Position numbers and translations under genes: made by a program
NCBI GenBank assembly: GCA_965224025.1
Contig: OZ245033.1
Location: 448,001 to 512,000, forward strand
From: Candidatus Multivorans sp.
Lineage (GTDB): Bacteria; Acidobacteriota; Thermoanaerobaculia; Multivoradales; Multivoraceae
DNA length: 64,000 nucleotides
Direction: 5' to 3'
The notes under the pieces: model-generated
What the model was told of the DNA's origin: nothing
Databases searched by the model: none
What the model saw: the letters and a program-made list of their open reading frames with translations, nothing else
Part shown: positions 1-10,310 of the stretch, one piece after another
How positions within the stretch are numbered: position 1 is the first letter of the stretch
How the letters are laid out: every line of letters begins with the position of its first letter

Positions 1-101
1 GTACAGGCGCTAAACAGAAACACCAACACCAAGGCTACGAGCAACAGGCGATAGGACCTAGACCCACAGACCATGGTCTGCTCAAGAAACCGAAGCGGCA
101 T
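1..101 (-). CDS. 5' part of a putative lipoprotein (runs off the window edge)
   Basis: Manual translation MPLRFLEQTMVCGSRSYRLLLVALVLVFLFSAC: hydrophobic stretch plus lipobox-like FSAC. Confidence 0.35.
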   Translation of the reverse strand, partial: MPLRFLEQTMVCGSRSYRLLLVALVLVFLFSAC

Positions 102-104
102 CCC

Positions 105-772
105 TCAGCAGCCGGCCTTCGCAGCCACCGCTGGCAGTCGCCGCCGGACGGTCCGTCTGAGCCGACCACTCTCTTCGCACAGGATCCGCAAAGTGCCCGA
201 AAACGACTCCTCCAACTCCACGGGCAGCGAAGACTCTAGGCCCCAGAAGAACCGGACAGGCCCGAACTCAGCGTAGTAAGTCACGCGGGCATGTCGAAGG
301 TGTTCCTGCCGACGCCTGACCTGTTCCTCCCAAGCCCCGTTGCACTTACGATCGTCTCCGTGCGACCCGTACCGACTGTACGCGTAGCCTCGGCCACACT
401 CGCTACCTGCATGAAGCCCTGAACCAACTCAGTCCATAGGACCCGCAGAGCGTCTAGCTGGTCCTCGGAAAAACGCTGGCAAGCTGTGAAGCCCTCAACC
501 AACTGAGAGTACTCTGAGCCACCGCCCGCCCCTATCCTGAACTCATCATGTCGCCAGTCCTTAGAACTCAGATCAAGTTGAAGCAGGGTACCGTTCCCCT
601 TCCCCCTCAAGCTCGAACCAGGCAAGAACAGGCACTCTGGATCCACGAAGTGGCACCCAAGTCCGAGTGCTGCCAACGCCGCGATTAGGAACGATGACCA
701 GCGAAACGCAGGTGTTTTGGACAACCTATGATATCCCAGTTGAGGGCGCGCCGCACCGCCGGCAGCCACCAT
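105..772 (-). pseudogene. Putative lipoprotein, probably frameshifted near 300-340
   Basis: ORF 281..772 has a hydrophobic stretch and lipobox-like LGLGC; another frame continues to a TGA at 105 just before the next ATG; lower GC than the rest of the window. Confidence 0.3.
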
Positions 773-949
773 TCACTCGACAATTGGGCCACCCCCAGGA
801 TGCTCTGGACAATCGTCATCGCCACAGCAGGCGTTAGCCTCCTCTTCCTTTCAGAATCGTCTTCTTCATCTCAAGCCTCCCTTGTCCCTTTTGAGTTGTT
901 GACCTGCCAACCAACCATCGCTCACCGTACACGGCTGGCCGCAGCCCGT

Positions 950-2048
950 CAAGGCCGCGCTGACCGTTCAGAGCGGCACGCTTCCTCCCATCACCGACGA
1001 AAGCGGCGAAGCCACTGTCGGCGTGGCGCCGGACCAAGACGTGATTCTCGTGTTCGAAGGTGCTGACGGCGCGCATGCCGCCGTCGTTTCGCACGAGTGG
1101 GCCTCGGACAGAAACGAGGGCGAAGACTCGGTCGTTGACGTTCGTCTCAGACGCCCTGTAGCGCTTCGAGGCCGCATCGCCGAAGTCGGGTCGAACCGCG
1201 CCGTACGCGGCGCGGCGGTTTGGTTCCTTTCTGACCCGGGGCGCGGCGGGCGTCTTCGCCTTAAGATCTCACATCCTGAGTATGTCGATCTGACTGAGAC
1301 CGTGGCGGACGTGCCTCACGGTGAAGGCTATCTCGACTTGGACGTGTTCACGCTGCCGGCCGGAACGGAGATTCTCGACCCGGGCCTGTCGGGCGAGCAT
1401 CTGTTTCGCCGGGTCCGCACCGACAGCGACGGACGTTTCCGTCTCGACAACCTAGTGCCCGCTACATGGTCCGCCGAGGCGCGCGACGAGTCGAGATGTG
1501 CCAAACTTGAGGGAATCGAGCTAGTACGGGGAGAAACACGCGAGATCGAACTCCGGTTGCAGACGCTGAATCGGTTGACAGTCCGCGTGACCAAGCACCC
1601 TAGCGAGCCGGTAGCGAACGCCAACGTCACGGTGAGCCTCGCGAGCTTCGCTCGGCCGCCTGTTGTCGGCCGGACCGACGCTGGCGGCCGCACCAGCCTC
1701 ACAGTGGGCCTCGGCGCCGCGACCGCCGAGGTCGCCCATCCGGACCTTCTCGGCCAATCGCGCGAGATCGTGCTCAAACCGGGCGCCAACGAACTCCACG
1801 TGCGGCTCGATCCTGGCTGGGAGATCGGCGGAGCGGTCCGGTCGGTCGAAGGCGTTCCGATCCCTGGGGCCGCCATCGAGGCGAGGCAGCGCCCGCCGGA
1901 CGAGGTCGGAAGCGACTGGGACGCTCGGGCGCGCGAGCTAGCCCGGCTGATGCAACCCTCGGCGCGGGCCAGGAACTCGAGCGGACCAGGCGTTGCTCGC
2001 CTTCGGGCCAACTGGCGCCAGTTAGTCCCGAGTTCTGTCGCGTCCTAG
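950..2048 (+). pseudogene. Remnant of a carboxypeptidase-regulatory-like (beta-sandwich repeat) surface protein
   Basis: Repeated motifs RTDSDGRFRLDNL, RTDAGGR and GVPIPGAAIEA; no signal peptide or credible start; abrupt sequence junctions. Confidence 0.5.
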
Positions 2049-2089
2049 CCCTCGCCCGCGATCGGCCGGTCGCCGCGTGTAGCGGGTCC

Positions 2090-2400
2090 TGACTACGCCA
2101 CGGCCTTTGTTGCCTCTCCCCCCCCCAGAAGGGGCTCGACCACGCACGCTCGCAGTCGAGTTGGGTGACGCGAACGTAGTAGTAGTCGCCTTCTCTTCCC
2201 TGCTCCAGGCCGGTCCACTCGAGGCGCTGGTCGAGGGAGCCTTCGGGATCGACGAGGCCGAGGCTGACGCTGACGCTGTCGTTGTCGACACCGGTGGCGG
2301 GAGTCGGGCGATGGACCACGGCCGACTCGCGCGCGCCGGCGAGTCGCAGGTCGAGGTCTACGCCGGGTAGGACCCCTTCACTCCGTTCGATGCCGCCGGG
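2090..2400 (-). pseudogene. C-terminal fragment of a DUF3604/CehA-McbA-type protein
   Basis: GDYYYVRVTQLDCERAWSSPFW resembles the YYYVRVxQxDGxxAWSSP C-terminal signature; N-terminus absent. Confidence 0.4.
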
Positions 2401-2536
2401 CTCCAGAATCCCGGCGTTGGTCGGTACTGCGCGAACGGCGCGCTTCAAGTGCTCGCTTTCTCGCACAGCTCAGGGGGGACGATGTCGTGTCCCCGGTCCT
2501 GGGCGATTGCAGCTGGTGGCGACCCCCCCAACAGGC

Positions 2537-2872
2537 TCACGGCTCCGAGAGATCGCGAAAGAGAGGCCCGGCACAGAAGTCGCGGAGAAAAGTCGAGCGC
2601 TGCACCAGGTGGACGGTGAAGGTGATCTCGTCGGCGCGAGCGATGAAGCGACGCCCCCGCGGCTGTTTGCGCAGCAACGCTTCGGCCTCGGCCTCCCAGG
2701 GGTCGATCTCGGCGATCAGGTGCTCGACTGTGGAAGGCTCGACCGCGTTCTCGAGCACGAAGAAGCCCTGCTCGCTCCATTGGCGGGCCTGCGCGGAAGA
2801 GATGCGCCGGTAAGGGCCGCCTCGCGGCTCCCAGCGAAAGCCCTGGTTGAGCGGATGGAGCTTCGGCGTCAT
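2537..2872 (-). pseudogene. N-terminal fragment of a phytanoyl-CoA dioxygenase (PhyH) family protein
   Basis: QARQWSEQGFFVLENAV N-terminal motif; ends before the HxD iron-binding motif. Confidence 0.55.
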
Positions 2873-3068
2873 GGCCGATCGGCAACAGACTGGTTCGGCA
2901 CGGAGGCCACGATCAAACCGCCAATCGGCGTGCTGCGACCCGACTCCCGGCCGAGCGACTCGAAGTTCTCCACTTCCAGGCCGCGGACTCGCTCTTCCTC
3001 AAGAAGGTGCAGAATCATCCGTACCTGACCGGCGCAATCCGGCACGTGGCGGGAATCGGCCCGAGTGA

Positions 3069-3168
3069 GGGCGCCAGCCGGGTGCGGCAGGCGGAACTGA
3101 GGGGCCTGCGGGCGTTCGTCCAGGAACACCGTCCGCGCCGGGCCATCGTGGTGTGCAACGAGAGCGCG
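3069..3168 (+). pseudogene. C-terminal fragment of an AAA/DUF4143-type protein
   Basis: GASRVRQAELRGLRAFVQEHRPRRAIVVCNE resembles the tail of ORF 42786..44126 (HADFSGLRKLARAAGKRFVRGVVLY). Confidence 0.4.
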
Positions 3169-3187
3169 GCGAGCTGTTGGCGTGCGC

Positions 3188-3276
3188 CGGGCGGTGGATG
3201 GTCGCGACGCGTTCGTGGCACGTTCGATGACCCGTACAGACACTAGGTACCACTGCGAGAACCCGCGCAAGCCGGG
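3188..3276. repeat. 89-bp direct repeat, copy 1 (copy 2 at 6645..6733)
   Basis: Aligned by eye, 2 mismatches. Confidence 0.92.
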
Positions 3277-3583
3277 CGCCCCCTCATGCGGGATGCGTCC
3301 CGTGGGACACGGCTCTTGCGGCGACGGGATGCGGTCGGCCCGACCTCCGTCTCGCTTTCGGTCCGAACGCTTCAAGAAGCACCCCACCAAAGCGGTACGT
3401 CCCGCCGGTGAAGGCGGGACGAGAAGGGGCGACGACGGTAGGGAAGTCAATCTAGCGGGAAACCACTCTCGCTCTTGGACAGACGGCCTACCTCTACCGC
3501 CGCCGCCGCGCCGCTGAGCAAGGAGAGGGGAAACTGATGAAGGAAACCCCGAGTTCGAACTCAGCGACGCATGTTCCGGTCAA

Positions 3584-4723
3584 TCAATCGGGATTCGTCG
3601 GGAACGGGTTCCCGGGAACCAGATTGTCGGGAACGAGTTCCCGACCCTGAATGGCCGACGCTGCTGCCGGTTCGAAGCAGGCCACCCAGATCACGAACTG
3701 GTCGATCTCATCAGGCACCGGCACGGCACCGAACGGATTAACCGGCGTCGCGGTGACGTAGACGCCGATCTTGTCGTCTTTGTCCGCACTACTCGCGTGA
3801 CAGCGCCCAGTCGAGCTATCAACTGCCATAATGGTGATTCCGTTGCCATTGATGTCCACGCCCGGCGTGTCAACCGGCTTATCCGGGTCTGCAACGCCGT
3901 TCATGTCCCAGGTAGCCGACAAGGTTCCGGTGCCTGTTGTCGGCAAGTGACCATCTCCCGTCACCGAGAGATTCAGCTCAACCGTGTTCTCTCCAGTATT
4001 CCGGTGGACAACGCTGCCGTTGGCGACGTCGCCGTCGGGCCCCGTCGCCGTGATGCTGTACATAGCGTCGAGAACGCAGTCGTTCTGAACCTTGTCTGCA
4101 CAACGCCGCTTCGGTTTCATCGGGAGCAGATGGGACAGGATGCCTACGCGCCCGCTGTCCGCGTGCTTGACGAAGGTAGCTGCCGGCTCGTAGTCCTTAC
4201 CCAGAACCGTGAACTCCTGGCTCTTGGCGGTCAAGATGCCTCCCGGCATGGTGGGCAGGGTAGGTTCGTTCCCGTACACGCTCAGCGGCAGCAACGAACC
4301 GACAGCCGAACTGATCTCGTCGTTGATCCAATACCAGCCACCGGGCATGATGCCTTGAATGAGGGCTGTGCCGGTTCCATCGTCACAAGCCAGATCGTCG
4401 TCACCGAAGTGGGCGCTGACCATGCCTTCGTCGTTCGGCGTCAACCTGCCGGCCTTCGCATAGCCGTCGCAGGCGACCGCTACCGTGACGACGCTCTCGT
4501 CTTCGTCCATCGTCTCGTCGTCGTCTTCGTTGGCCGCTTCAGCGACGAAACCGCCCGAAGCGTCCGTGAAGGCGGCGACGTAACACTCCTCCGCAGGGGC
4601 GCAGTTGACGTTGATGCTGACTTCGACGGCGCTGACGTCGACGGCGCTGTCTCCCACGCCGGCCTGGCCGAAGCCGACCGACGCTGCCAGCGCCATGCAA
4701 GTGAGTAGAAGAATCTTCTTCAA
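3584..4723 (-). CDS. Secreted hypothetical protein (acidic, several Cys)
   Basis: 379 aa; signal peptide MKKILLLTCMALAASVGFG; AGAGGAG RBS before a TTG start. Confidence 0.75.
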   Translation of the reverse strand: MKKILLLTCMALAASVGFGQAGVGDSAVDVSAVEVSINVNCAPAEECYVAAFTDASGGFVAEAANEDDDETMDEDESVVTVAVACDGYAKAGRLTPNDEGMVSAHFGDDDLACDDGTGTALIQGIMPGGWYWINDEISSAVGSLLPLSVYGNEPTLPTMPGGILTAKSQEFTVLGKDYEPAATFVKHADSGRVGILSHLLPMKPKRRCADKVQNDCVLDAMYSITATGPDGDVANGSVVHRNTGENTVELNLSVTGDGHLPTTGTGTLSATWDMNGVADPDKPVDTPGVDINGNGITIMAVDSSTGRCHASSADKDDKIGVYVTATPVNPFGAVPVPDEIDQFVIWVACFEPAAASAIQGRELVPDNLVPGNPFPTNPD

Positions 4724-5129
4724 CGTGTTTCTCCTCTTGGGCCTTGAGACCCTTTGACAGTTGGGCGGATAGCGACACCGCTACCCGTCCCGCGTTCTGA
4801 TGCGCCGCTCAGAACAACCTTCGCGGCACTCCTTAGCGCGCTCGCATCACCTCCAGGCGAAAGACTTCAAGGCCGAAGTAGGGACAGGGCCCAGACTGAC
4901 CGCCGCTGGCCGTACAAGACCCCACACGGGCTCGATCCAGCGAACTCCAAGCTTCAGTCCTGCCGTTCGGGAGGCACGTTACTGCTCTACAAGTCGGTTT
5001 AACGGGCGAAAGTACGGAAGCAAATACGCTCCGTGCTCTCCTCGAGAGCCATGGTTGTGGGCAGGCAGATCGCCGTACCGCTGCGACGGCAGGTGATACC
5101 TAGAACCCGTAAAAAGGAGGGGAATTCAG

Positions 5130-6137
5130 TTGACAGCCAAGAGAGCGTTGGCCGTGGAGAATGGGATATCGGTTTCCGACGCAGTTCGGACATCGTTGTC
5201 CGAGAACACTCGTATCGCCTATCAGTGTGGATGGAAGCGGTTTACGACCTATTGCGATGAAGTGGGGAGAGATCCAATGACCGCGACTCCGGACGACATC
5301 ACGGGCTTCCTGGTCTGGATGGCCTCCGTGCCCCGCTCGCCAGGTGCGACGACCAAGAAGGGGGAGCCGCTAGCGCTCGCGACGATTCGGCTCTACATCG
5401 CGGCGATCAACCGGAAGTACCGAGAGCACGGCCGCGAGTCCCCGGCGAACGACCTAAGGGTGGCGAACGTCCTTCAAGGACTTGGACGACTCTTGTCCCC
5501 CCGCCAGCGGCAGGTGAAGGCGCTACGGGAACACGAGATTGCGCGTATCCTGGACTACTGCGACGAGCTTGCACAGCAGGAGAAACGGCAGGTGATTGCA
5601 ACTCGGGACGCTGCCGTGATCGCGGTCGGCTTCGCTGCAGCGATGCGACGGTCCGAGATCTGCAGTCTCCGGTTCGCCGACGTCGAATTTCTCGGTGATG
5701 AGGATGACTTCCGGGGAATGTATCTGCACGTCCGGGAGTCCAAGACCGACCAGTTACGCCGGGGTCAGCGGATCGCAGTTCCCGATGGTGAACTGGTTCG
5801 TCCCGTACGACGACTGCGACTGTGGTTCGCCGCCTCCGGCATTGTCCGGGGGCCGGTGTTCCAGACGATGCGGAGCAACGGGCACATACAGGGACGGGCC
5901 ATGCATCCGTCCGACATCGCTCGGACGGTGAAACGCTATGTGAGCGCCATCGGCCTAGATCCCGCCCACTATTCGGGACACTCCCTACGAGCGGGATTCG
6001 TGACCAGCGCAGCCGTCCACCGTGCCCGACTCGACAAGATCATGGAGGTCACCAGACACAGCAGCGCGGGCATGGTCCTACGGTACATCCGGCAGGAGGG
6101 TGCCTTTGAGGACCACGCTGGCGCGGCGTTCCTCTAA
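5130..6137 (+). CDS. Tyrosine recombinase/integrase (Cre-like, with N-terminal core-binding domain)
   Basis: Catalytic R (MRRSE), K (ESKTDQ), HSLR, H (TRH) and Y (LRYIR); GGAGG RBS. Confidence 0.9.
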   Translation: MTAKRALAVENGISVSDAVRTSLSENTRIAYQCGWKRFTTYCDEVGRDPMTATPDDITGFLVWMASVPRSPGATTKKGEPLALATIRLYIAAINRKYREHGRESPANDLRVANVLQGLGRLLSPRQRQVKALREHEIARILDYCDELAQQEKRQVIATRDAAVIAVGFAAAMRRSEICSLRFADVEFLGDEDDFRGMYLHVRESKTDQLRRGQRIAVPDGELVRPVRRLRLWFAASGIVRGPVFQTMRSNGHIQGRAMHPSDIARTVKRYVSAIGLDPAHYSGHSLRAGFVTSAAVHRARLDKIMEVTRHSSAGMVLRYIRQEGAFEDHAGAAFL

Positions 6138-6343
6138 CGCCTCCGCCGCGTCCCGTCCTGAGAAGGGCTTGACAAACCGACTTATCGCTGACTTCCGCAG
6201 TCGGGGCAACTGGCGGCAGTCCAGCGAGCAACTGCGAATGCCACGATAGACGCGATCCGGACGACCGCATATTCGTCCGTCGCTCAATTACGTCCGTCGC
6301 TGGAATACAGTACTGAAGACCGCCTCGCTGAGCCGGCCCACCG

Positions 6344-6628
6344 TCATTCTTCGGTGAGGCCGAACCGCTCACGGAGCTCGTCAACGTCCATCGCTATCCC
6401 TTCCCCAGCTTCGACCTGGGCGATCGCCTTCCGCAGCCTCTCGGCATTCTTCGGAGAGCGAAGCAGATAGTCCGTCTCCATCCACGAACTCAGATCACTC
6501 GCCGCGATCAGAGCGACGGGTTCCTTCCCGCGCCGCCGGATCAACACCGGCTCGTGCGTGTCCGTCACCTGGTCCATGAGAGTGGCGAGCTGCTCGCGTG
6601 CGCCGGTGTAGGTGGTTTCCCTGATCAT
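6344..6628 (-). CDS. yefM: Phd/YefM family antitoxin; cognate toxin truncated
   Basis: TYTGAREQLATLMDQV...SWMETDYLLRSPKNAERLRKAI; start re-called at ATG 6628 after GGGAG. Confidence 0.85.
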   Translation of the reverse strand: MIRETTYTGAREQLATLMDQVTDTHEPVLIRRRGKEPVALIAASDLSSWMETDYLLRSPKNAERLRKAIAQVEAGEGIAMDVDELRERFGLTEE

Positions 6629-6644
6629 GGCTTCACTCCCTGGT

Positions 6645-6733
6645 CGGGCGGTGGATGGTCGCGACGCGTTCGTGGCACGTTCGATGACCCGTACAGACAC
6701 TATGTACCACTGCGAGAACCCCCGCAAGCCGGG
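6645..6733. repeat. 89-bp direct repeat, copy 2; includes the putative yefM promoter/operator
   Basis: Matches 3188..3276; two GTAC cores (cgtacagacactatgtacca) recall the TGTACA YefM operator. Confidence 0.9.
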
Positions 6734-6783
6734 GTGCCCGCGTGCAATCCGTGCGCCCGATGACGGGCGCACGGAGTGGTTCA
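6734..6783 (-). repeat. Partial family-B palindromic element plus family-A stub
   Basis: gaaccactccgtgcgcccgtcatcgggcgcacggattgcacgcgggca matches 13807..13854 with one mismatch. Confidence 0.85.
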
Positions 6784-7210
6784 TGCCGGTGTCGATCACC
6801 AGGCGGCAGGAGATGAACATCTCCATGACCAGCCGGCCGTACAGGTCGTAGGCGTTCTCGTAGACGCCCATCTCCTTGCCGAGGTTAGCGGCGTACTCGG
6901 CCCAACCCTCCGTGAAGGCCCCGTAGCCGATCGTCTCGCGCCGGAACCGGGGCAGGTCCTCGCGCTCGTTCGCCAGCGCGAACTGGAAGTGATGCCCGGG
7001 ATCAGCTCGTGTAGATCAGCCCCTGGGCCGAGAACAGGGACCGGTTCTCGAGGTCGGAGAGTTGTAGCGGTACTCGCCGCGCGGGTTCGCCGCGGCGTAC
7101 TCGTCGCCGACCGACGCGATGAGTTTCGCATCGGCGCCGGTGCTCGACCCTCCGCAGGCCGACAGCAGCGGAACAACGACTACGACTACACAGAACGATG
7201 CGGTCTTCAT
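6776..7210 (-). pseudogene. DUF885 family lipoprotein remnant
   Basis: Lipoprotein signal (LLSAC), HELIPGHHFQ, FTEGWAEYA and RLVIDTGMN; large internal deletion, several 1-nt frameshifts, 3' end replaced by a repeat. Confidence 0.8.
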
Positions 7211-10200
7211 GGCTTCAGCGATCGTACATACAGCACCGGAACGACGACCAGGTTCAGGAACGTCGACGTCAAGAGGCCTCCGAGAATGACCTGCGCCATC
7301 GGACTCAGGATCTCGTTGCCCGGGGCGCCGGCAGCCAGCACCAGGGGCACCAGCGCCAGGCCCGCGGTCAACGCCGTCATCAGCACGGGCGCCATCCGCT
7401 GTCCCGAGCCGCGCCGCACGGCTTCGTCCAGCGGCAGCCCCTCGGCGAGCAGCCGCCGGTAGTTGCTGACCAGCAGCACGCCGTTGCGCGTCGCGATCCC
7501 GAACAGCGTCACGAAGCCGATCACGGTGGCAAGCGACAGGACGCCGCCGCCCAGAGCCACCGCGAGCACGCCCCCAACGAGAGCCAACGGGACATTGACG
7601 AGCATGATCAGGGTCTCGCGGTGGCTGCCGAACTCGATGTAGAGGAGTCCGTACATGGCGATCAGGATGAGCACCACCAGCAGGGCCACGGTGGAGACGC
7701 GGCGGCCGGCTTCCTCGAACTGCCCGCCGAAGGTCACGAGGTAGCCGGACGGCAGGTCGACCCCGGCGTCGACGGCGGCTTGCGCCCGCCCCACCGTGCC
7801 GGCGAGGTCGGCGGCCGCCATGTTGGCGGTGACCATCGCCACCCGCTGCGCGTTTTCCCGCCGGATCAGCGACGGTCCGAGAGCGTGCCGGACCTCCGCC
7901 ACGGCGCCCAGCCGAACCAGGTCCCCGGCCGGGGTCGAGACCGGAAGGGCCGCGATCTTCTCGGGCGAGGACCGGAGGCTCGGCGGCAGGCGGACGGCGA
8001 CATCCGACGCCAGACCGTCCTCGACGATCTCGCCAACTACCACACCCTGGAAGAGTGCTTCCACTCCCTCTCCAAGGCCCGCAAGGCCAAGCCCGTGCCG
8101 GGCGATCGTGGTGCGATCGAAGTCGATCACGAGTTGGGGAATCGCCGCCTGCTCCTGGTTCGACAGGTCGACGATGCCGGGCACGGCGCCCAGAACCTGC
8201 TCGACCCGGGAAGCGAGCGTCCGCAGCACCGCCAGGTCGGGCCCGAACACCTTGACCGCGAGATTGGTCCGGGACCCCGACATCATGTGGTCGATCCGGT
8301 GGCTGATCGGCTGCCCGAAGGAGACGGTCGTCCCCGGGATCGTCGCCACGGCGCGGCGCATCTCGGCGACCAGTTCGTCCTTGCTTCGGCCGTCCCCGAG
8401 CGGCGCCAGGACGACCTCCATCTCGGATGCGTTGACCCCCTGCACGTGCTCGTCTTTCTCGGCACGCCCGGTCCGGCGGCTGGTCGAAACCACCTCGGGG
8501 AAGGCGAGGAGCGCTTCCTCCACCTGGCTCCCCAGCCGGTCGCTCTCGGCGAGCGGAATCCCCGGCGGGCTGACGACGGCAACGGTGAGCGATCCCTCGT
8601 TGAACGCGGGCAGGAAGCCGCGGCCCAAACCGGGCACGAGCGCGGCCACGGGCACGACCACGACGACCACCAGCAGGAGAACCGCCCAACGGTGCCCGAG
8701 GCACCAGTCGAGAGTCGGCGTGTACCCCGCTCGCAGAGCGCGCAGGAGCCAGGGCTCGCGGGCACGAAGCACCTTCGCCCGGCCCAGCAGAAGGAGCGCC
8801 AGCACCGGCGTGACCGTCAGCGCCACCACGAACGAGGCCGAGAGCGCCGCGATGAAGGCGAGGCCGAGCGGCCGGAGCAGCCGGCCCTCCAGGCCCGGCA
8901 GGAAGAAGATCGGCACGAAGACCAGAACGACGACCAGCGTGGCGATGAGGATCGGGCTCAGCACCTCCCTCGTCGCCGCGGCGACGACCTCAGCCGCCGG
9001 CCGGCGATCGGCTCTCGGCAGACGGCGCTCCTCCTTCAGCCGCCGGAAGATGTTCTCGATCGCGATGATCGCGTCGTCGACCAGAAGGCCGACCGCGATC
9101 GACAGGCCGCCGAGGGTCATCGTGTCGATCTGAAGGCCGAGGGCCGCGATCACCAGGATCCCGGTGACCAGCGAGAGGGGAATGGCGAACGCCGAAATCA
9201 GGGTCGTCCGGACGCTGCCAAGGAACAACGCCAGGATCACGATGACCAGGATCGCGCCCCAGCCAAGCGCTTCGGAGACGTTCCCGATCGCCACCTCGAT
9301 GAAGTCGGCCTGGCGAAAGTTCTCGCTCTCGAGAACCACGCCCTCGGGGAGCGTCTGCTGCAGCCTCGCCAGAGCCGCGTCGATCGCCCGGGTCAGCTCG
9401 AGCGTGTTGGCCTCCGGCTGCTTCTGCACCGACAGGATGACCGCTGGGCGGTTGCGGTACGACGCCGTGCCGCGAGCCGGCTCGGCGCCCCATTCGACGG
9501 TCGCGACGTCGCCGACCCGCAGAGGGACGCCGCCCGCGACCCGCACCACGGCCGCGGCCACGTCCTCGGGGCTGCGCGCCCGGGTGAGCCCGCGGACGAT
9601 GTGCTCCTGCCCGCCCTCGACGTGGAAGCCCGCCGCCAGACTGCGGCTCGCGGCGGCCACCGCCTCGATGACCTCGGTGAGGGGCAAGCCATTCTGGGCG
9701 AGAGCAGCAGGCCGAACCGTGACCTGGAGTTGACGCCGCTCACCGCCGATCGGGACCACCTGGGAGACGCCGGGAATCGAGAGGAGCGTGCGCCGGACGA
9801 CCGTCTCGGCCACACGCCGCAGTTCCATCGCACTGACGCCGCCTTCCGTTGCCGGCGCCGCGGTCATCGCGATGAACGTGATCTCGCCCATGATCGACGA
9901 GATCGGGCCGAGTTCCGGCGGCTCGGCCTGGGCCGGGAGGTCGACCCGCTGCAGGCGTTCGCTGACGACCTGGCGGGCGCGGTAGATGTCGGTTCCCCAG
10001 TCGAACTCGACCCACGCCACCGAGAGCCCGTCGACGGAGACCGAGCGCAGCCGGCGCACGCCCGGCGATCCGTTGACCGCCGACTCGACCGGGAATGTCA
10101 CCAGGAGTTCGACCTCTTCGGCCGCCATTCCCGGGGCTTCCGTGATCACGGTCACCGTCGGCGCGGAGAGGTCCGGGAAGATGTCCACCGGCAGGGTCGC

Positions 10201-10299
10201 GACAAAGAGAGCTCCGGCCAGGGTGAGGAGCACGGCGCCGGCGATCACCAGCCACCGGTGGCCGAGGGAGAAGCGAAGCAGTCTTTCGAGGGGTCCCAT
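7207..10299 (-). CDS. Heavy-metal efflux RND permease (CusA/CzcA family)
   Basis: PVDIFPDLSAPTVTV, GLLVDDAIIAIEN and RMAPVLMTALTAGLALVP; about 1030 aa from ATG 10299. Confidence 0.93.
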   Translation of the reverse strand: MGPLERLLRFSLGHRWLVIAGAVLLTLAGALFVATLPVDIFPDLSAPTVTVITEAPGMAAEEVELLVTFPVESAVNGSPGVRRLRSVSVDGLSVAWVEFDWGTDIYRARQVVSERLQRVDLPAQAEPPELGPISSIMGEITFIAMTAAPATEGGVSAMELRRVAETVVRRTLLSIPGVSQVVPIGGERRQLQVTVRPAALAQNGLPLTEVIEAVAAASRSLAAGFHVEGGQEHIVRGLTRARSPEDVAAAVVRVAGGVPLRVGDVATVEWGAEPARGTASYRNRPAVILSVQKQPEANTLELTRAIDAALARLQQTLPEGVVLESENFRQADFIEVAIGNVSEALGWGAILVIVILALFLGSVRTTLISAFAIPLSLVTGILVIAALGLQIDTMTLGGLSIAVGLLVDDAIIAIENIFRRLKEERRLPRADRRPAAEVVAAATREVLSPILIATLVVVLVFVPIFFLPGLEGRLLRPLGLAFIAALSASFVVALTVTPVLALLLLGRAKVLRAREPWLLRALRAGYTPTLDWCLGHRWAVLLLVVVVVVPVAALVPGLGRGFLPAFNEGSLTVAVVSPPGIPLAESDRLGSQVEEALLAFPEVVSTSRRTGRAEKDEHVQGVNASEMEVVLAPLGDGRSKDELVAEMRRAVATIPGTTVSFGQPISHRIDHMMSGSRTNLAVKVFGPDLAVLRTLASRVEQVLGAVPGIVDLSNQEQAAIPQLVIDFDRTTIARHGLGLAGLGEGVEALFQGVVVGEIVEDGLASDVAVRLPPSLRSSPEKIAALPVSTPAGDLVRLGAVAEVRHALGPSLIRRENAQRVAMVTANMAAADLAGTVGRAQAAVDAGVDLPSGYLVTFGGQFEEAGRRVSTVALLVVLILIAMYGLLYIEFGSHRETLIMLVNVPLALVGGVLAVALGGGVLSLATVIGFVTLFGIATRNGVLLVSNYRRLLAEGLPLDEAVRRGSGQRMAPVLMTALTAGLALVPLVLAAGAPGNEILSPMAQVILGGLLTSTFLNLVVVPVLYVRSLKP

Positions 10300-10310
10300 G
10301 CCCCAAGCCC

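Noticed and set aside
3188-6733. 89-bp repeats as DGR TR/VR
   Set aside because: Only two mismatches, non-coding promoter context and no RT nearby
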